From the NCBI GenBank assembly GCA_030272815.1, contig JAJSZT010000001.1, positions 38,337 to 102,336 on the forward strand: a stretch of 64,000 nt of DNA. Reading direction: 5' to 3'. Below, piece by piece: positions 37,412 through 47,141 of this stretch. This DNA is from Deltaproteobacteria bacterium (GTDB taxonomy: Bacteria; Desulfobacterota; Desulfobacteria; Desulfobacterales; ETH-SRB1). Made by a program: the position numbers and the translations under genes. How positions within the stretch are numbered: the stretch's first letter is position 1; every line of letters begins with the position of its first letter. The notes beneath the pieces are model-generated. The model saw nothing but the letters and a program-made list of their open reading frames with translations, made no database searches and was not told the DNA's origin.

Positions 37412-37693
37412 ATGAACGTAGTTCTCAAAAAACAATTAAATGAAATGACGGACAGTGAACTTAAGTATCTCCTTAAAAGAGATTACTTGAGAAGGCTTAC
37501 CCGCTATAGGATGACCGACGATTATTACAGGGCAAAATATGAGATGGACTTTGATAACTTCGAGAAGGCAAATATTGTTCGCGACCAAAACTATAGCTTT
37601 GAGGTGGAATCGCATGCTCAGGAATGGGAACTTGCAATTGATGGGATTAAGACGATCAAAAAGAAGCTGAAGGAGCTTTCTCGTGAAACTTAG
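37412..37693 (+). CDS. hypothetical small protein (possible antitoxin-like partner)
   Basis: 93-aa ORF with AAGGAGG 8 nt upstream. It overlaps the next ORF by 11 nt. I recognise no family. Confidence 0.45.
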   Translation: MNVVLKKQLNEMTDSELKYLLKRDYLRRLTRYRMTDDYYRAKYEMDFDNFEKANIVRDQNYSFEVESHAQEWELAIDGIKTIKKKLKELSRET

Positions 37694-38003
37694 CGGTATT
37701 ATTAGCGAAGCCAATGATGTCGCAGAAAAATACAACTTGCAACTTGTGGAAATAGACAGTACCGATAATATCATTAGCCTGAAATTATTGATAGACAATG
37801 ATCTATTTATCCAAGTATATGGAAATGCACAAAAGGACAAGCTCAATCTTGCCCTTGCTGTCATTCCCTTGATGCTCCCGATGAACATATCTTTGTTGAT
37901 GACAGGAAATCTATCGGAGACTTTGTTTGTGAATCGATGGAATTCCTGGAAAGCAGGGATATATTATAGACCTGATGTTCCTGGATCTGTGCGCAGAATA
38001 TAA
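37683..38003 (+). CDS. hypothetical protein, probably truncated by rearrangement
   Basis: 106-aa ORF. Its 3-prime end runs into the 147-bp duplicated toxin-antitoxin segment starting at 37973, so the C-terminus is likely not native. Confidence 0.35.
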   Translation: MKLSGIISEANDVAEKYNLQLVEIDSTDNIISLKLLIDNDLFIQVYGNAQKDKLNLALAVIPLMLPMNISLLMTGNLSETLFVNRWNSWKAGIYYRPDVPGSVRRI

Positions 38004-38119
38004 TATTCCTATTTCACAAATCACACCGGAGGAACTGCGTCGAGAGGTAAGCAATGCATGAACAGTCATTAGTTTGCGACACATCGTTGCTGCTATACTT
38101 AGGACGTATGGAGAACGAA
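37973..38119 (+). repeat. 147-bp duplicate of the UPF0175 3-prime end / PIN 5-prime end
   Basis: Aligns with 35596..35742 (tgatgttcctggatctgtg...cttaggacgtatggagaacgaa) with scattered substitutions. Confidence 0.85.
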
Positions 38120-38180
38120 AAACAAGTTAATTTCCTCTATCACTTTGTCCATCTGTCCCTATCCCCTTCAGCGCAAAGCG

Positions 38181-38349
38181 CTGTTGAATAAGGGATTGAG
38201 CGCCTTCGGCGCAGGGATTAGGGACATAGAGACGCAGGGATGTAGAAAACTAGAGTGAGGAAGATGGGAAGGATAGAATCTTTTAGTGGGTTAACTGTTT
38301 GGCAATAATCCCATCAGTTATTTTTGACCGAGCCCTAAGGTCGAGCAGT
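38181..38349 (+). repeat. orphan degenerate terminal CRISPR repeat fragment plus conserved trailer
   Basis: ctgttgaataagggattgagcg matches the last 22 nt of the degenerate terminal repeat. It is followed by ccttcggcgcagggattaggg... and a four-helix-bundle gene fragment (MGRIESFSGLTVWQ then stop). Confidence 0.75.
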
Positions 38350-38392
38350 CGTAAATATCGCCCTCACAAAAACAGACAAAAAGCACAGCATA

Positions 38393-39526
38393 ATGCATGA
38401 TATTACGGAAAAAGAACATGGATTAAACTCAATGGAAGGGTTGTTGGAAGCCAACAGGTTTCTTAACAGTGTTTTGGATGGTATCAAAGACACAATTATG
38501 GTTGTTGACAGGGATTACAGGATAGAAGGAGTAAATAAATCGTTTGCAAGAAAAGTCGGCAAACCAGGGCATGAGATTCTTGGCAGATGTTGTTATCGGC
38601 TTCTTCACCATCTGAACAAACCCTGTGTGCACAATCATCCCTGCCCGGTGAAAGATGCATTTAAAACAGGTAAAACCGCCGAGGTGCTTCATATATATCT
38701 TGAAGGGCCTAACATTGCATATTCCAGGATCATAGCCTATCCAATATTGGATGACCGGGGCGAAGTTTCACGAGTGATTGAATTGGAAAGAGACGTCACC
38801 GAATGGAAAAAAACTGGTGACCATTTGTATAATATACAAAAGCTGGCATTCTTGGGAAAGTTGGCGGCTGATCTGTCCCATGAATTCAACAACCCTCTGG
38901 CGGTAATCCTTGGGTTTGTTGATCTTCTTTTAGAAAAAACGGAACAGGGCACTCAGGGCTACGAGATTCTTAAGACCATAGAGAGACAGGCATTTAATTG
39001 TAAACGGATTGTTGAAAACCTTATAAGCTTTGCCGCATCTCCGGACGTGACCAAGCATTCTACTGACGTCAATGCAAATCTTGAAAGGGTGGTTTCTGTG
39101 GTTGTGGATATCTTACGTGCGGAGAAGATCGTTATAGAGAAAAACCTTGCAGCAGATCTGCCAAGAGCAAAAGGAAATCCAGGGCATTTACGGCAGGTCT
39201 TTACGAACCTGATTACCAATGCTGTTGCCGCTATGCGCGGAGGAGGGCTTTTAACCATTTCTACCAGACACAATAGCCCTGAAAACAGAGTAGAGGTTCT
39301 TTTCAAAGACACAGGACATGGTATTAAAAGGGAATACAGAAACGAAATATTTGATCCTTTTTTCACCACAAGAGAGGTGGGGGAGGGGGGAGGCCTGGGT
39401 CTTTCGGTCTGTTATGGTCTGGTGTCCAAAAACGATGGAGAGATAACCTTTGAGTCAGTGACTGAAGAAGAGGATAGAGAGAACAAAGGCACCACCTTTA
39501 CTGTGTCTCTGCCTGTCGCTCCTTGA
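38393..39526 (+). CDS. PAS sensor histidine kinase (cytoplasmic)
   Basis: PAS region with a Cys/His cluster (GRCCYRLLHHLNKPCVHNHPCP). H-box LSHEFNNP, with NAVAAM, DTGHGI and GGGLGLS boxes. Confidence 0.85.
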   Translation: MHDITEKEHGLNSMEGLLEANRFLNSVLDGIKDTIMVVDRDYRIEGVNKSFARKVGKPGHEILGRCCYRLLHHLNKPCVHNHPCPVKDAFKTGKTAEVLHIYLEGPNIAYSRIIAYPILDDRGEVSRVIELERDVTEWKKTGDHLYNIQKLAFLGKLAADLSHEFNNPLAVILGFVDLLLEKTEQGTQGYEILKTIERQAFNCKRIVENLISFAASPDVTKHSTDVNANLERVVSVVVDILRAEKIVIEKNLAADLPRAKGNPGHLRQVFTNLITNAVAAMRGGGLLTISTRHNSPENRVEVLFKDTGHGIKREYRNEIFDPFFTTREVGEGGGLGLSVCYGLVSKNDGEITFESVTEEEDRENKGTTFTVSLPVAP

Positions 39527-39782
39527 CGTCTTGGTGTTCTTGTGACAAAAAATATCGGTGTACTTATGGTTAAGCCCTTAGGTAGTGCCTGAACGAAAAG
39601 TATTTCTTTCAATACTGGCAATAGTTTCAGCTTATTTGTAAAAAAGCTAACTGCTAAAAAACAAAGCTAAAGGCTAATTGCTAAAAGCTAACTGCTAAAA
39701 ATCTTCGATTTGAGAATAGTATCCAACTAACTATAATTTCAGGTGTTCTGAGTTTCCGTTCGGGCAATAAGGTAAGGATAAA

Positions 39783-42059
39783 ATGAAGAAAGAAAAAACA
39801 AATTTCTCCGAGAAATACTATAATATAAGAAGAGCTATTATCCTTGTCGGCATTCTTGTTATGGCGCTCCTCGTGGTTGCATTCTGTCTGAGCATGTTCT
39901 CTGCAGGGCAGATGAAAGAGATCATCTCTGAAGATTTTAACCGGCAGCAATTGGTATTAGCAAAGTATGCCGCCAATCGGATGGAAAACAGCCTGGATTT
40001 TATTAAAAGAGAACTTTCGCTGTTAAACCTTTCTCCATCCATTCAATATTTGGAGAAGGTATCCTGGGCCAGTCGCATGAATACCACCTTATCTGCCGTT
40101 AAGGATAACGGGGTCCTTGAAATAAGATTTATAGACCGCAACGGCAGAATTGCCTATATTGTTGATGAGCGGGGGATGTCCCATGTGATACAGGGTAATT
40201 TTAGCGATATGGAGTGTTTTAAGTGGGTGCATTTAAAAGAAAACAAGAATAGGATTTATGCTGGTGAGATTACACGAAAAAATGAAGGATATCCCGGCCA
40301 ACTCGTTATGTGCTTAGCCATAGCTACTTATGAGCAATCCGTTGATGAGGCTTATCCGGTGGCTACCGGAAACTTTTCCGGAGTGCTTTTTTTTACGATA
40401 GATGTTACACGGTTGGTTGAAAAGGCCGTCAAAGGTATAAAATCGGGTAAGACCGGATATGCCTGGGTTATCGACAATAACGGTATGTTTTTGTACCATC
40501 CGCACAGAGAGTTCATCGGAGAGAATGCCTTTAATGTCCGTGCCATGAGAAAACCCAAGATCTCTTTTTCCCAGATTAATATGATTCAAAAGGAAAAGAT
40601 GCTCGAAGGTAAGGAGGGAACCGGGTGGTATACCTCGGGGTGGCACATGGGCATAGAAACCAAAATGAAAAAATTGATCGCATATGCGCCTATCCATCCT
40701 CGGACGCATTCTCAATTCTTCTGGTCGGTGGCGGTGGTCGCGCCCTTAAGCGAAGTTGAAGACGCTGTCCATTCGGTTTTTATCCGCCAGTTTTATATCC
40801 AGGGCAGCATTTTTCTCGCTATTATTTTGGGGAGTGCATATATCATAAGTTTTGAGCGACGCTGGTCCAAGACACTGGAAGCAGAGGTAATGAAGAAAAC
40901 AGAAGATCTAAAGAACTCGCTTGAAGAACTGAAAAAATCAGAGGAGCAATACAAGACCCTTGTAGAAAGTGCAGAGGACCTGATCTTTACTGTAGATGAA
41001 GAGGGAAATATCCTGTCCATGAATAGATGCACTGCTAATTTCTTCAGAGACTTCCCGGACGATCTGATCGGCAAAACTTTTCGCGACCTTTTTTCTGAAG
41101 AGAGCGCGGAGTTGCAGTTGCGTTTTATCAGGGAGGTGTTTAATACAGAAAGGAACGTAAACGTAAAATATCCGGTGGTAGTCGGGAACCGTGAGTATTG
41201 GTTTTCCAGCAACTTTGCGCCCCTTAAGGATGAGGGAGGCAAGGTGTTTGCTGTTCTGGGAATTTCGAGGGATATTACAAAGGGAAAGAAGCTGGAAGAA
41301 GAACAGATGTATAATACAGAAAAGCTGGCCTCTTTGGGAAAATTGTCTGCCGGTGTGGCGCATGAACTCAATAATCCCGTGGCGCTGATCCTTGGTTTTA
41401 GCGATCTTCTTTTGGAAAAGGTGGAGCCTGACAGCAAGAGCCATGAGATTGTCAAAACCATAGAAAGGCAGGCGCTCAATTGTAAAAGGATAGTTGAAAG
41501 CATTTTGAGCTATGCCAGACACCCCGAGGCAATTGAGTACTCTTCTGATGTCAACGAAAACATTGAAAAAGTGATTTCTGTGGTTGAAAATATTTTGGTT
41601 ACAGAAAAGATTACTTTAGAGAAGCGCCTCACAAAAGATCTGCCAAAAGTAAGAGGAGATTCAGGACGCTTGCAGCAGGTCTTCATGAATTTTGTTACCA
41701 ATGCTTTTAGCGCTATGAAGGGAGGCGGGGTTTTGACTGTCTCTACCAGCCTCAATAGCGCTGGAAACAAAGTAGAGATTCTTTTCAAAGACACAGGACA
41801 TGGTATTAAGAGGGAATACAGAAACAAGATATTTGAAGCGTTTTTCACCACAAAAAAGGTGGGAGAGGGCACAGGTCTGGGTCTTTCAGTCAGTTATGGT
41901 ATAATAAATAAATATAATGGAGACATAAGCTTTGAGACAGTGGCTGAAGAAGAGGACATGGAAAGAAAAGGCACCACCTTTAAGGTGTCTTTGCCTGTTG
42001 CTTTTCTGGACAGTGAACACCAGACTGATCAGGCACGAGGACCCGCTCCGCGGATATAA
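39783..42059 (+). CDS. membrane sensor histidine kinase (Cache-like + PAS + HisKA + HATPase)
   Basis: Two TM segments flank a ~290-aa extracytoplasmic region. PAS (YKTLVESAEDLIFTVDEEGNI), H-box VAHELNNP and GTGLGLS. Confidence 0.85.
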   Translation: MKKEKTNFSEKYYNIRRAIILVGILVMALLVVAFCLSMFSAGQMKEIISEDFNRQQLVLAKYAANRMENSLDFIKRELSLLNLSPSIQYLEKVSWASRMNTTLSAVKDNGVLEIRFIDRNGRIAYIVDERGMSHVIQGNFSDMECFKWVHLKENKNRIYAGEITRKNEGYPGQLVMCLAIATYEQSVDEAYPVATGNFSGVLFFTIDVTRLVEKAVKGIKSGKTGYAWVIDNNGMFLYHPHREFIGENAFNVRAMRKPKISFSQINMIQKEKMLEGKEGTGWYTSGWHMGIETKMKKLIAYAPIHPRTHSQFFWSVAVVAPLSEVEDAVHSVFIRQFYIQGSIFLAIILGSAYIISFERRWSKTLEAEVMKKTEDLKNSLEELKKSEEQYKTLVESAEDLIFTVDEEGNILSMNRCTANFFRDFPDDLIGKTFRDLFSEESAELQLRFIREVFNTERNVNVKYPVVVGNREYWFSSNFAPLKDEGGKVFAVLGISRDITKGKKLEEEQMYNTEKLASLGKLSAGVAHELNNPVALILGFSDLLLEKVEPDSKSHEIVKTIERQALNCKRIVESILSYARHPEAIEYSSDVNENIEKVISVVENILVTEKITLEKRLTKDLPKVRGDSGRLQQVFMNFVTNAFSAMKGGGVLTVSTSLNSAGNKVEILFKDTGHGIKREYRNKIFEAFFTTKKVGEGTGLGLSVSYGIINKYNGDISFETVAEEEDMERKGTTFKVSLPVAFLDSEHQTDQARGPAPRI

Positions 42060-42078
42060 CTAACACAGGAGGTAGGAA

Positions 42079-42531
42079 ATGGCCGCACAAATTTTGGTTG
42101 TTGATGATGAACTTGATATGCTTGCGCTTCTTGCTATGATTATTGCGGAAAAGACCGAGCACAAAGTTACTACCACCAATAATCCCTTAGAGGTGCCGGA
42201 ATTGATTAAAACAGGAGACTACAATCTACTGATTGCTGATCTCAAGATGCCAGGCATGGATGGTGTGGAACTCATAACTGAGATTAGAAAGATAGATAAA
42301 CATATTCCAATACTTATCATCACGGCTTACGGCTCTGTTGAGTCGGCAGAAGAGGTTATACGTAAAGGCGCCTATGATTGCATCACCAAGCCCTTCCGTA
42401 AGGAACAGATATTGATCGCTATTGACAGGGCATTAGAGTGGCAACAGATGAAAAAGGAGTTGCGCCAACTAAAAGAGAAAACAGTGAAGCGCCAAGTTAT
42501 AAAGACGAACGTCGAACATATTAAAAGATGA
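42079..42531 (+). CDS. single-domain response regulator
   Basis: ILVVDDELD, YNLLIADLKMPGMDG and YDCITKP. The last ~9 codons and the stop lie inside palindromic element H. Confidence 0.85.
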   Translation: MAAQILVVDDELDMLALLAMIIAEKTEHKVTTTNNPLEVPELIKTGDYNLLIADLKMPGMDGVELITEIRKIDKHIPILIITAYGSVESAEEVIRKGAYDCITKPFRKEQILIAIDRALEWQQMKKELRQLKEKTVKRQVIKTNVEHIKR

Positions 42532-42634
42532 ACGTCCAACATCGAATAATGATGTCGCTCCGCTCCACCAGTTTATAAATTGGCAGAATACCTTATTCAA
42601 CATTCGATGTTGGACGTTCGATGTTCGATGTTCA
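42505..42634. repeat. family H palindrome (gaacgtcgaacat...gaacgtccaacatcgaat / attcgatgttggacgttcgatgttcgatgttc)
   Basis: Inverted arms built from tandem cgaacat/cgatgtt motifs around a ~45-nt centre. Confidence 0.75.
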
Positions 42635-42741
42635 TTTTTTTTCAGTCCCTCCTGGGCAAAAGGGGGCGTTTTGCAAAGCCCTTAGGGTCTGTCATAAATG
42701 TAATAGTTATTTCATGACAGACCCTCGCCCGGGCACAACAT

Positions 42742-43251
42742 CTATTGGGCCAAAATAACCTTTTTTATCTCATCAAAGATCTCCACGAGCCTGATCATCC
42801 CCTTGAACTCGCCGCCCGACACCACCGGCATCCGACCTATATTTTTGCTCACCATGACGTGAACAGCTTCGGACAGGGTGGCATCTTCATCTATGCTAAC
42901 CGGAAACGAAGACATAACCTCTTTGACCGATTTTTTCAATTGTGCCTTGCATTGTCCTGAAAACTCACCATCGTAATAAAAAACAGGATAGTTTTTAAAT
43001 GCTTCAGGGGTAAACCAGGAATGGCCCCACTTGCCCGGGGTATATTTGGGTTCCAGCGCTATCAGAGCATCTCTATAAGACAATTGTCCTATCGGCTCAT
43101 TGTTTTCGTCCAGAACCAGAATCGCGTGATGCCCTGTTTTAGCCATAAGTTCATAAGCATCCCTGACAGACTTATTCGAAGAGATACTGTCGTAATCTTC
43201 AAGCAAGATCATCAGGTCCCTTACTTTTCTTTCTGCATTAGTTGCCATCAT
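42742..43251 (-). CDS. CBS-domain-pair protein
   Basis: VRDLMILLEDYDSISSNKSVRDAYELM and VKEVMSSFPVSIDEDATLSEAVHVMVSKNIGRMPVVSGGEFKGMIRLVEIF. Confidence 0.8.
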   Translation of the reverse strand: MMATNAERKVRDLMILLEDYDSISSNKSVRDAYELMAKTGHHAILVLDENNEPIGQLSYRDALIALEPKYTPGKWGHSWFTPEAFKNYPVFYYDGEFSGQCKAQLKKSVKEVMSSFPVSIDEDATLSEAVHVMVSKNIGRMPVVSGGEFKGMIRLVEIFDEIKKVILAQ

Positions 43252-43319
43252 AACCCTCCGTTGTAATGTTTTGCCTCAACCTGAAAAAACGCAGCCAGGA
43301 TATCTGGAGCGTAAGCAGT

Positions 43320-43775
43320 CTATTTCTCCTTGATCTGTTCAAAGACCCGTCCAGGATGGGCTTGCAGCTCACGGATCCTGCTCTCCTGGATTTTTTGTTC
43401 GTGGGCCTTTTTCTTCTCATAGGCCTGGCTCATCTTCTCCAGCAACTCATCAAAATCTGCGGGTTTCATTATGTAATCAAAAGCGCCGAGTTTCAGCCCA
43501 TCAATGGCCGTTTCTACAGTTGAGTGGCCGGTGAGCATAATCACCTCCATGAGCGGCCTTATTCTTTTCATTTCCTGAAGAGTTTCTACGCCGTCCATAC
43601 CCGGCATTTTGACATCCAGTATTACCACATCAAAAAGTAGTTTATCCAGAATCTCCAGTGCCTTTTCCCCGCTTTCAGCACCAGTAACATTAAGTTCTCT
43701 TTTTTGAAGACGTTTTATAAATGTTTCGCGAAAATCATCCTCATCGTCAACGACCAAGACCCTAAACTCTTTCAT
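43320..43775 (-). CDS. single-domain response regulator
   Basis: VLVVDDEDD, FDVVILDVKMPGMDG and FDYIMKP. 151 aa. Confidence 0.85.
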   Translation of the reverse strand: MKEFRVLVVDDEDDFRETFIKRLQKRELNVTGAESGEKALEILDKLLFDVVILDVKMPGMDGVETLQEMKRIRPLMEVIMLTGHSTVETAIDGLKLGAFDYIMKPADFDELLEKMSQAYEKKKAHEQKIQESRIRELQAHPGRVFEQIKEK

Positions 43776-43856
43776 TGTTATCCCTCCTTGTTTTTATTCT
43801 GTTCAGCAAACTTCAAGACTTGCCACATGCCGATTAGAGGCTCTCACATCAAAGTA

Positions 43857-44807
43857 TCAACTATATAGCAGGTATATAAGTATCCCTATGACAATTGTTG
43901 CAAGCCTTGCCTTGCTTTTGTTTCTTTGCAAAAACTCTATTTGTACATAACGTCCCTTTTTTGGATTAGTAACGCATTCAAGCGCAAGATTTAAAAGAAA
44001 TACAATTAAAATGATATGTACCAGAGACCTTCCCAGATCAGACAGCCTTCTCCCAAACAGCTCATAAGAGCCGACTCTCTTTCTGAAGGAGTCAATATAT
44101 GAATCTCTCGGTCCAAAACCATCCTCAAATGACAAAGAAGCGACCATTTGCTGAAACAGGCTTTCGTGTGGGGCTGTGTTATCTATGGCATAAAGATTAA
44201 GATCAAGGTAGACCAGATGGGTTCCTCCCAAAAATACCCTGTGAAATTCTTTTGCCTTGTCGCCACCGGAAAGTCTGTAGGTGCAGATAAAACCAAAACC
44301 ATTGTTCTCCTTATCGTAAACCGGCTCTCCTACGATGACATCTTCAGCTCCTTTTTCGCCAAGTTTCTTTTTTATGAGTTCTCCAAATTTTTTGGTCACT
44401 TTGGCATCAAAAAATTCATCTATCGTAAGATAATCCGTGAAAACCTTGAAGCGCTTTTTTTTATGCTTATAGGTCTTGATACCCAGGAGAACAAGGCTCT
44501 TTGTCCTTTGGCTTAAAATATCCGGACTTAAAACATCCAAATAGATAAATATCTTATTATACTCTTTCAGGGCGTCTTTGCACAACTTGCAACGCTTTGG
44601 ATCAAGGACGCCGGCAGGAAGCCACCCTTGTGATATCTCTTGAAACCCAGCAGGTATGGCAATAGAAAAATGGGCAGTATCATCCTTATAGATACTTTCT
44701 CCGGCCGCCTTAAGGGCAGAGGTATCAAAACTCAACAAAAAGCACCCCAGGCAGATTATCATCATCCAATATACATTAGCGCTTTTTGTTTTTTCTTTTC
44801 TTGCCAC
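43857..44807 (-). CDS. hypothetical membrane-anchored protein
   Basis: Hydrophobic N-terminus (MMIICLGCFLLSF) and two C-terminal hydrophobic segments (VHIILIVFLLNLAL, LATIVIGILIYLLY). No family recognised. Confidence 0.5.
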   Translation of the reverse strand: MARKEKTKSANVYWMMIICLGCFLLSFDTSALKAAGESIYKDDTAHFSIAIPAGFQEISQGWLPAGVLDPKRCKLCKDALKEYNKIFIYLDVLSPDILSQRTKSLVLLGIKTYKHKKKRFKVFTDYLTIDEFFDAKVTKKFGELIKKKLGEKGAEDVIVGEPVYDKENNGFGFICTYRLSGGDKAKEFHRVFLGGTHLVYLDLNLYAIDNTAPHESLFQQMVASLSFEDGFGPRDSYIDSFRKRVGSYELFGRRLSDLGRSLVHIILIVFLLNLALECVTNPKKGRYVQIEFLQRNKSKARLATIVIGILIYLLYS

Positions 44808-44839
44808 CTGTTTATTTCCTCTTGTCCGGCACTTATCAT

Positions 44840-46462
44840 TTAACCGGTAATCGCGGGCCAGGGCAGGATCTGCCAGTATCCGAAGAAGGCCACTATCCAG
44901 AGAATCGCCATTGATATAAATACAAAGGGAATACCAATGCGGACAAAGTCAATGGGAGCGAGAAGCTGCTCTCCTGTCTCCGGATGTTTTGCCATCCCGT
45001 AGGCAATAGCGTTGTTTACGGTGCCGACGATCATAGCGTGAGCATAGGAAGACCCGAATGAGCATGCAAGCCCCACCTTCCACAAATGTACCCCTCCTAT
45101 TTCCGCCATGGGAAGCACCACAGGACCAAGGGCACCGACTGCCGCGCCGTCACTCATGAAATTGGTCACAATAGTAGTGATCAGGCTTGATGCCACCACG
45201 ATACCCATGCCTGTATGGAAAGCCTCCGGCAGCAGGTTCACAAAGTTCTGGGCTATCCACACACCGGCTCCCGTGTATTTCAGGGCAACACCCATGGCGC
45301 AGGCTCCCGCATAGAGACCTACAACATCAAAGCGCACCCTTTGCTGGACATCTTCCCATGTCATCAACTTTGTTACAAGGATTAAAAATACAATTAAAAT
45401 AGTAGCACCGCCAAGGCCGATCACCGCGCTGGCAGCCATCCAGAGAACAATCTGGGCAGCAAACAGAATAGCCATTGTAAGCTCTTTTCCCCGCAAAGGG
45501 CCTATGCCCTCAACGCCTTTTTTCATCACAGCGCCCACATCCATCTTGAGGGCGGGGCCGGTCTTGCGAGCCACGGCCATATATATCCACAAACCACAGG
45601 CCAGAGCAAGAAACGGGACCACAGGCAGGCCGTACATCATCCACTGGCCAAAGCTCATGGGCAGGCCATAATCGCTAAAATAACCAACCATAATAGCTGC
45701 ACGGCCGCCAACAGCAGGTGATCCTGAGCCGCCTACGTTCGCGGCAAAACATATCCCTAAAAACAAGGTGCAGGCCAGAGCATGAAGCTGTTTCTTATTG
45801 CAGCCTGCTTTTTCCCCGGCAAGATATACAAGGGCAAGGATCGGACACAAAAGGGCAACCAGGGCATGTTCTGAAAGAAAACCGGAAATTACGGCCAGAA
45901 CCGGAAAGAAGATAAAACAAAAACCCTTCAACCCCTTGATCTTGCCCAGAAGGATATTGCCGATTCTCCTGTCAAGACCTGTTACGCCCACTGCAGCGGC
46001 CAGAATAAGCACGCCCAGGATAAAGAATACCGCATCCTTCATGTAGGCTTTTGATATCTCATTGATAGGCAAAATCATATAAACATACATAATAACCCCG
46101 ACCAGGATGTTGGTTGCCCCCAGAGAGACCGCCTCCGTGCCCCAGAGAAGAGCAATGCTGAAAAGCATGGCCACGCACAGCATCATCTTATGGGCCACTT
46201 CTTCCGGGGTATAATTTTTGTGCGTAAGCTTGTTGTACGAATCCACGAAATTGCTGGTGCCCGGCTTATACTTGGCACCCTTGACGTTCTCCTGCTGCAC
46301 GAGATCTATCATGCTCTGGGGCGTGGGAACTATGTAAACGAGCGTAACAAAAAAGATCATAAGACCGAGTATGACAATTGGTATCTGCCCGGGTGATCCT
46401 TTCCACCACGGCCATGAAAAAGGCTTGTGATTTACTGATGATACTGCAGCTCCATGTTCCAT
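44840..46462 (-). CDS. DASS/SLC13-type anion transporter (second copy)
   Basis: 540 aa and polytopic. Motif IVGTVNNAIAYG at the position of the DASS hairpin-tip motif. Similar architecture to 17287..18816. Confidence 0.75.
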   Translation of the reverse strand: MEHGAAVSSVNHKPFSWPWWKGSPGQIPIVILGLMIFFVTLVYIVPTPQSMIDLVQQENVKGAKYKPGTSNFVDSYNKLTHKNYTPEEVAHKMMLCVAMLFSIALLWGTEAVSLGATNILVGVIMYVYMILPINEISKAYMKDAVFFILGVLILAAAVGVTGLDRRIGNILLGKIKGLKGFCFIFFPVLAVISGFLSEHALVALLCPILALVYLAGEKAGCNKKQLHALACTLFLGICFAANVGGSGSPAVGGRAAIMVGYFSDYGLPMSFGQWMMYGLPVVPFLALACGLWIYMAVARKTGPALKMDVGAVMKKGVEGIGPLRGKELTMAILFAAQIVLWMAASAVIGLGGATILIVFLILVTKLMTWEDVQQRVRFDVVGLYAGACAMGVALKYTGAGVWIAQNFVNLLPEAFHTGMGIVVASSLITTIVTNFMSDGAAVGALGPVVLPMAEIGGVHLWKVGLACSFGSSYAHAMIVGTVNNAIAYGMAKHPETGEQLLAPIDFVRIGIPFVFISMAILWIVAFFGYWQILPWPAITG

Positions 46463-46489
46463 TTTATCTTTCCCTCCTTATCTAAATTG

Positions 46490-46637
46490 AGCTTTTAGCA
46501 GTTAGCTTTTAGCAGTTAGCACAATAATTTCAATATATTGATAGATATCGACATTTCACCCAATGGGTGAAAATCGAATCGCTGGTAACCACCTGAAATA
46601 ATAAGAGCTAACAGCTAATTGCTAAGAGCTAATAGCT
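46490..46637. repeat. family G palindrome (gagcttttagcagttagcttttagcagttagc ... gagctaacagctaattgctaagagctaatagc)
   Basis: Inverted arms of tandem gctaa/ttagc motifs. Related half-elements lie at ~16561..16636 and ~39644..39700. Confidence 0.75.
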
Positions 46638-46691
46638 TATCTTGGGTATTATTAATTTTTTTATCCTCGCCTCTCGGGAAAAGGCGGGACA

Positions 46692-47141
46692 TTAATTAAC
46701 AAATAACTCTTTTTTGCCATGAACATAATATCCGAACACACACATGAGCATGACAGTTGCCAACTGGTTGACCGAGACTGACGACATCATTGTTATCAGG
46801 TTATTTGTAATACCAAAGGCAAAAAATATCATGTACACAATCCATGCGTTTCTCCTTAATTTCAGGAACCCGGTAAATATATAGCAACTGATTCCGGCAT
46901 GGAGAAAATGGATTACAACTGCCGGTGTTCCTGAAACTGCCATTCCTAAAATCCCGGCCGGAGTCTCCGAAAGACCCGCACATATACAGAACAAACCGCC
47001 GGCCAGCATAAAAATACCCAGCAGCGTAATTCCCAGCGGCCTTTTTTGCACATGTTCTTTTTTACTGTACATGGTATTTCTCTGGACATCACCCGTTTGT
47101 CTGGGCAGGCCCTCGTTTCCCATTGTCCTGACGCTTTCCAC
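46692..47141 (-). CDS. small integral membrane protein (about 4 TM)
   Basis: 149 aa with GTG start, AGGAGG 8 nt upstream, overlapping the upstream receiver stop (TAGTG). No family recognised. Confidence 0.5.
   Translation of the reverse strand: MESVRTMGNEGLPRQTGDVQRNTMYSKKEHVQKRPLGITLLGIFMLAGGLFCICAGLSETPAGILGMAVSGTPAVVIHFLHAGISCYIFTGFLKLRRNAWIVYMIFFAFGITNNLITMMSSVSVNQLATVMLMCVFGYYVHGKKELFVN

Noticed and set aside
40793-41522. 236-aa and 194-aa minus-strand ORFs
   Set aside because: They are antisense to the 758-aa histidine kinase, which carries a complete motif set. The same reasoning applies to 48886..49593, 49205..49648, 49703..50155 and 50597..51304 (opposite the NtrC-type and kinase genes) and to 15001..15606 (opposite the sigma-54 activator).
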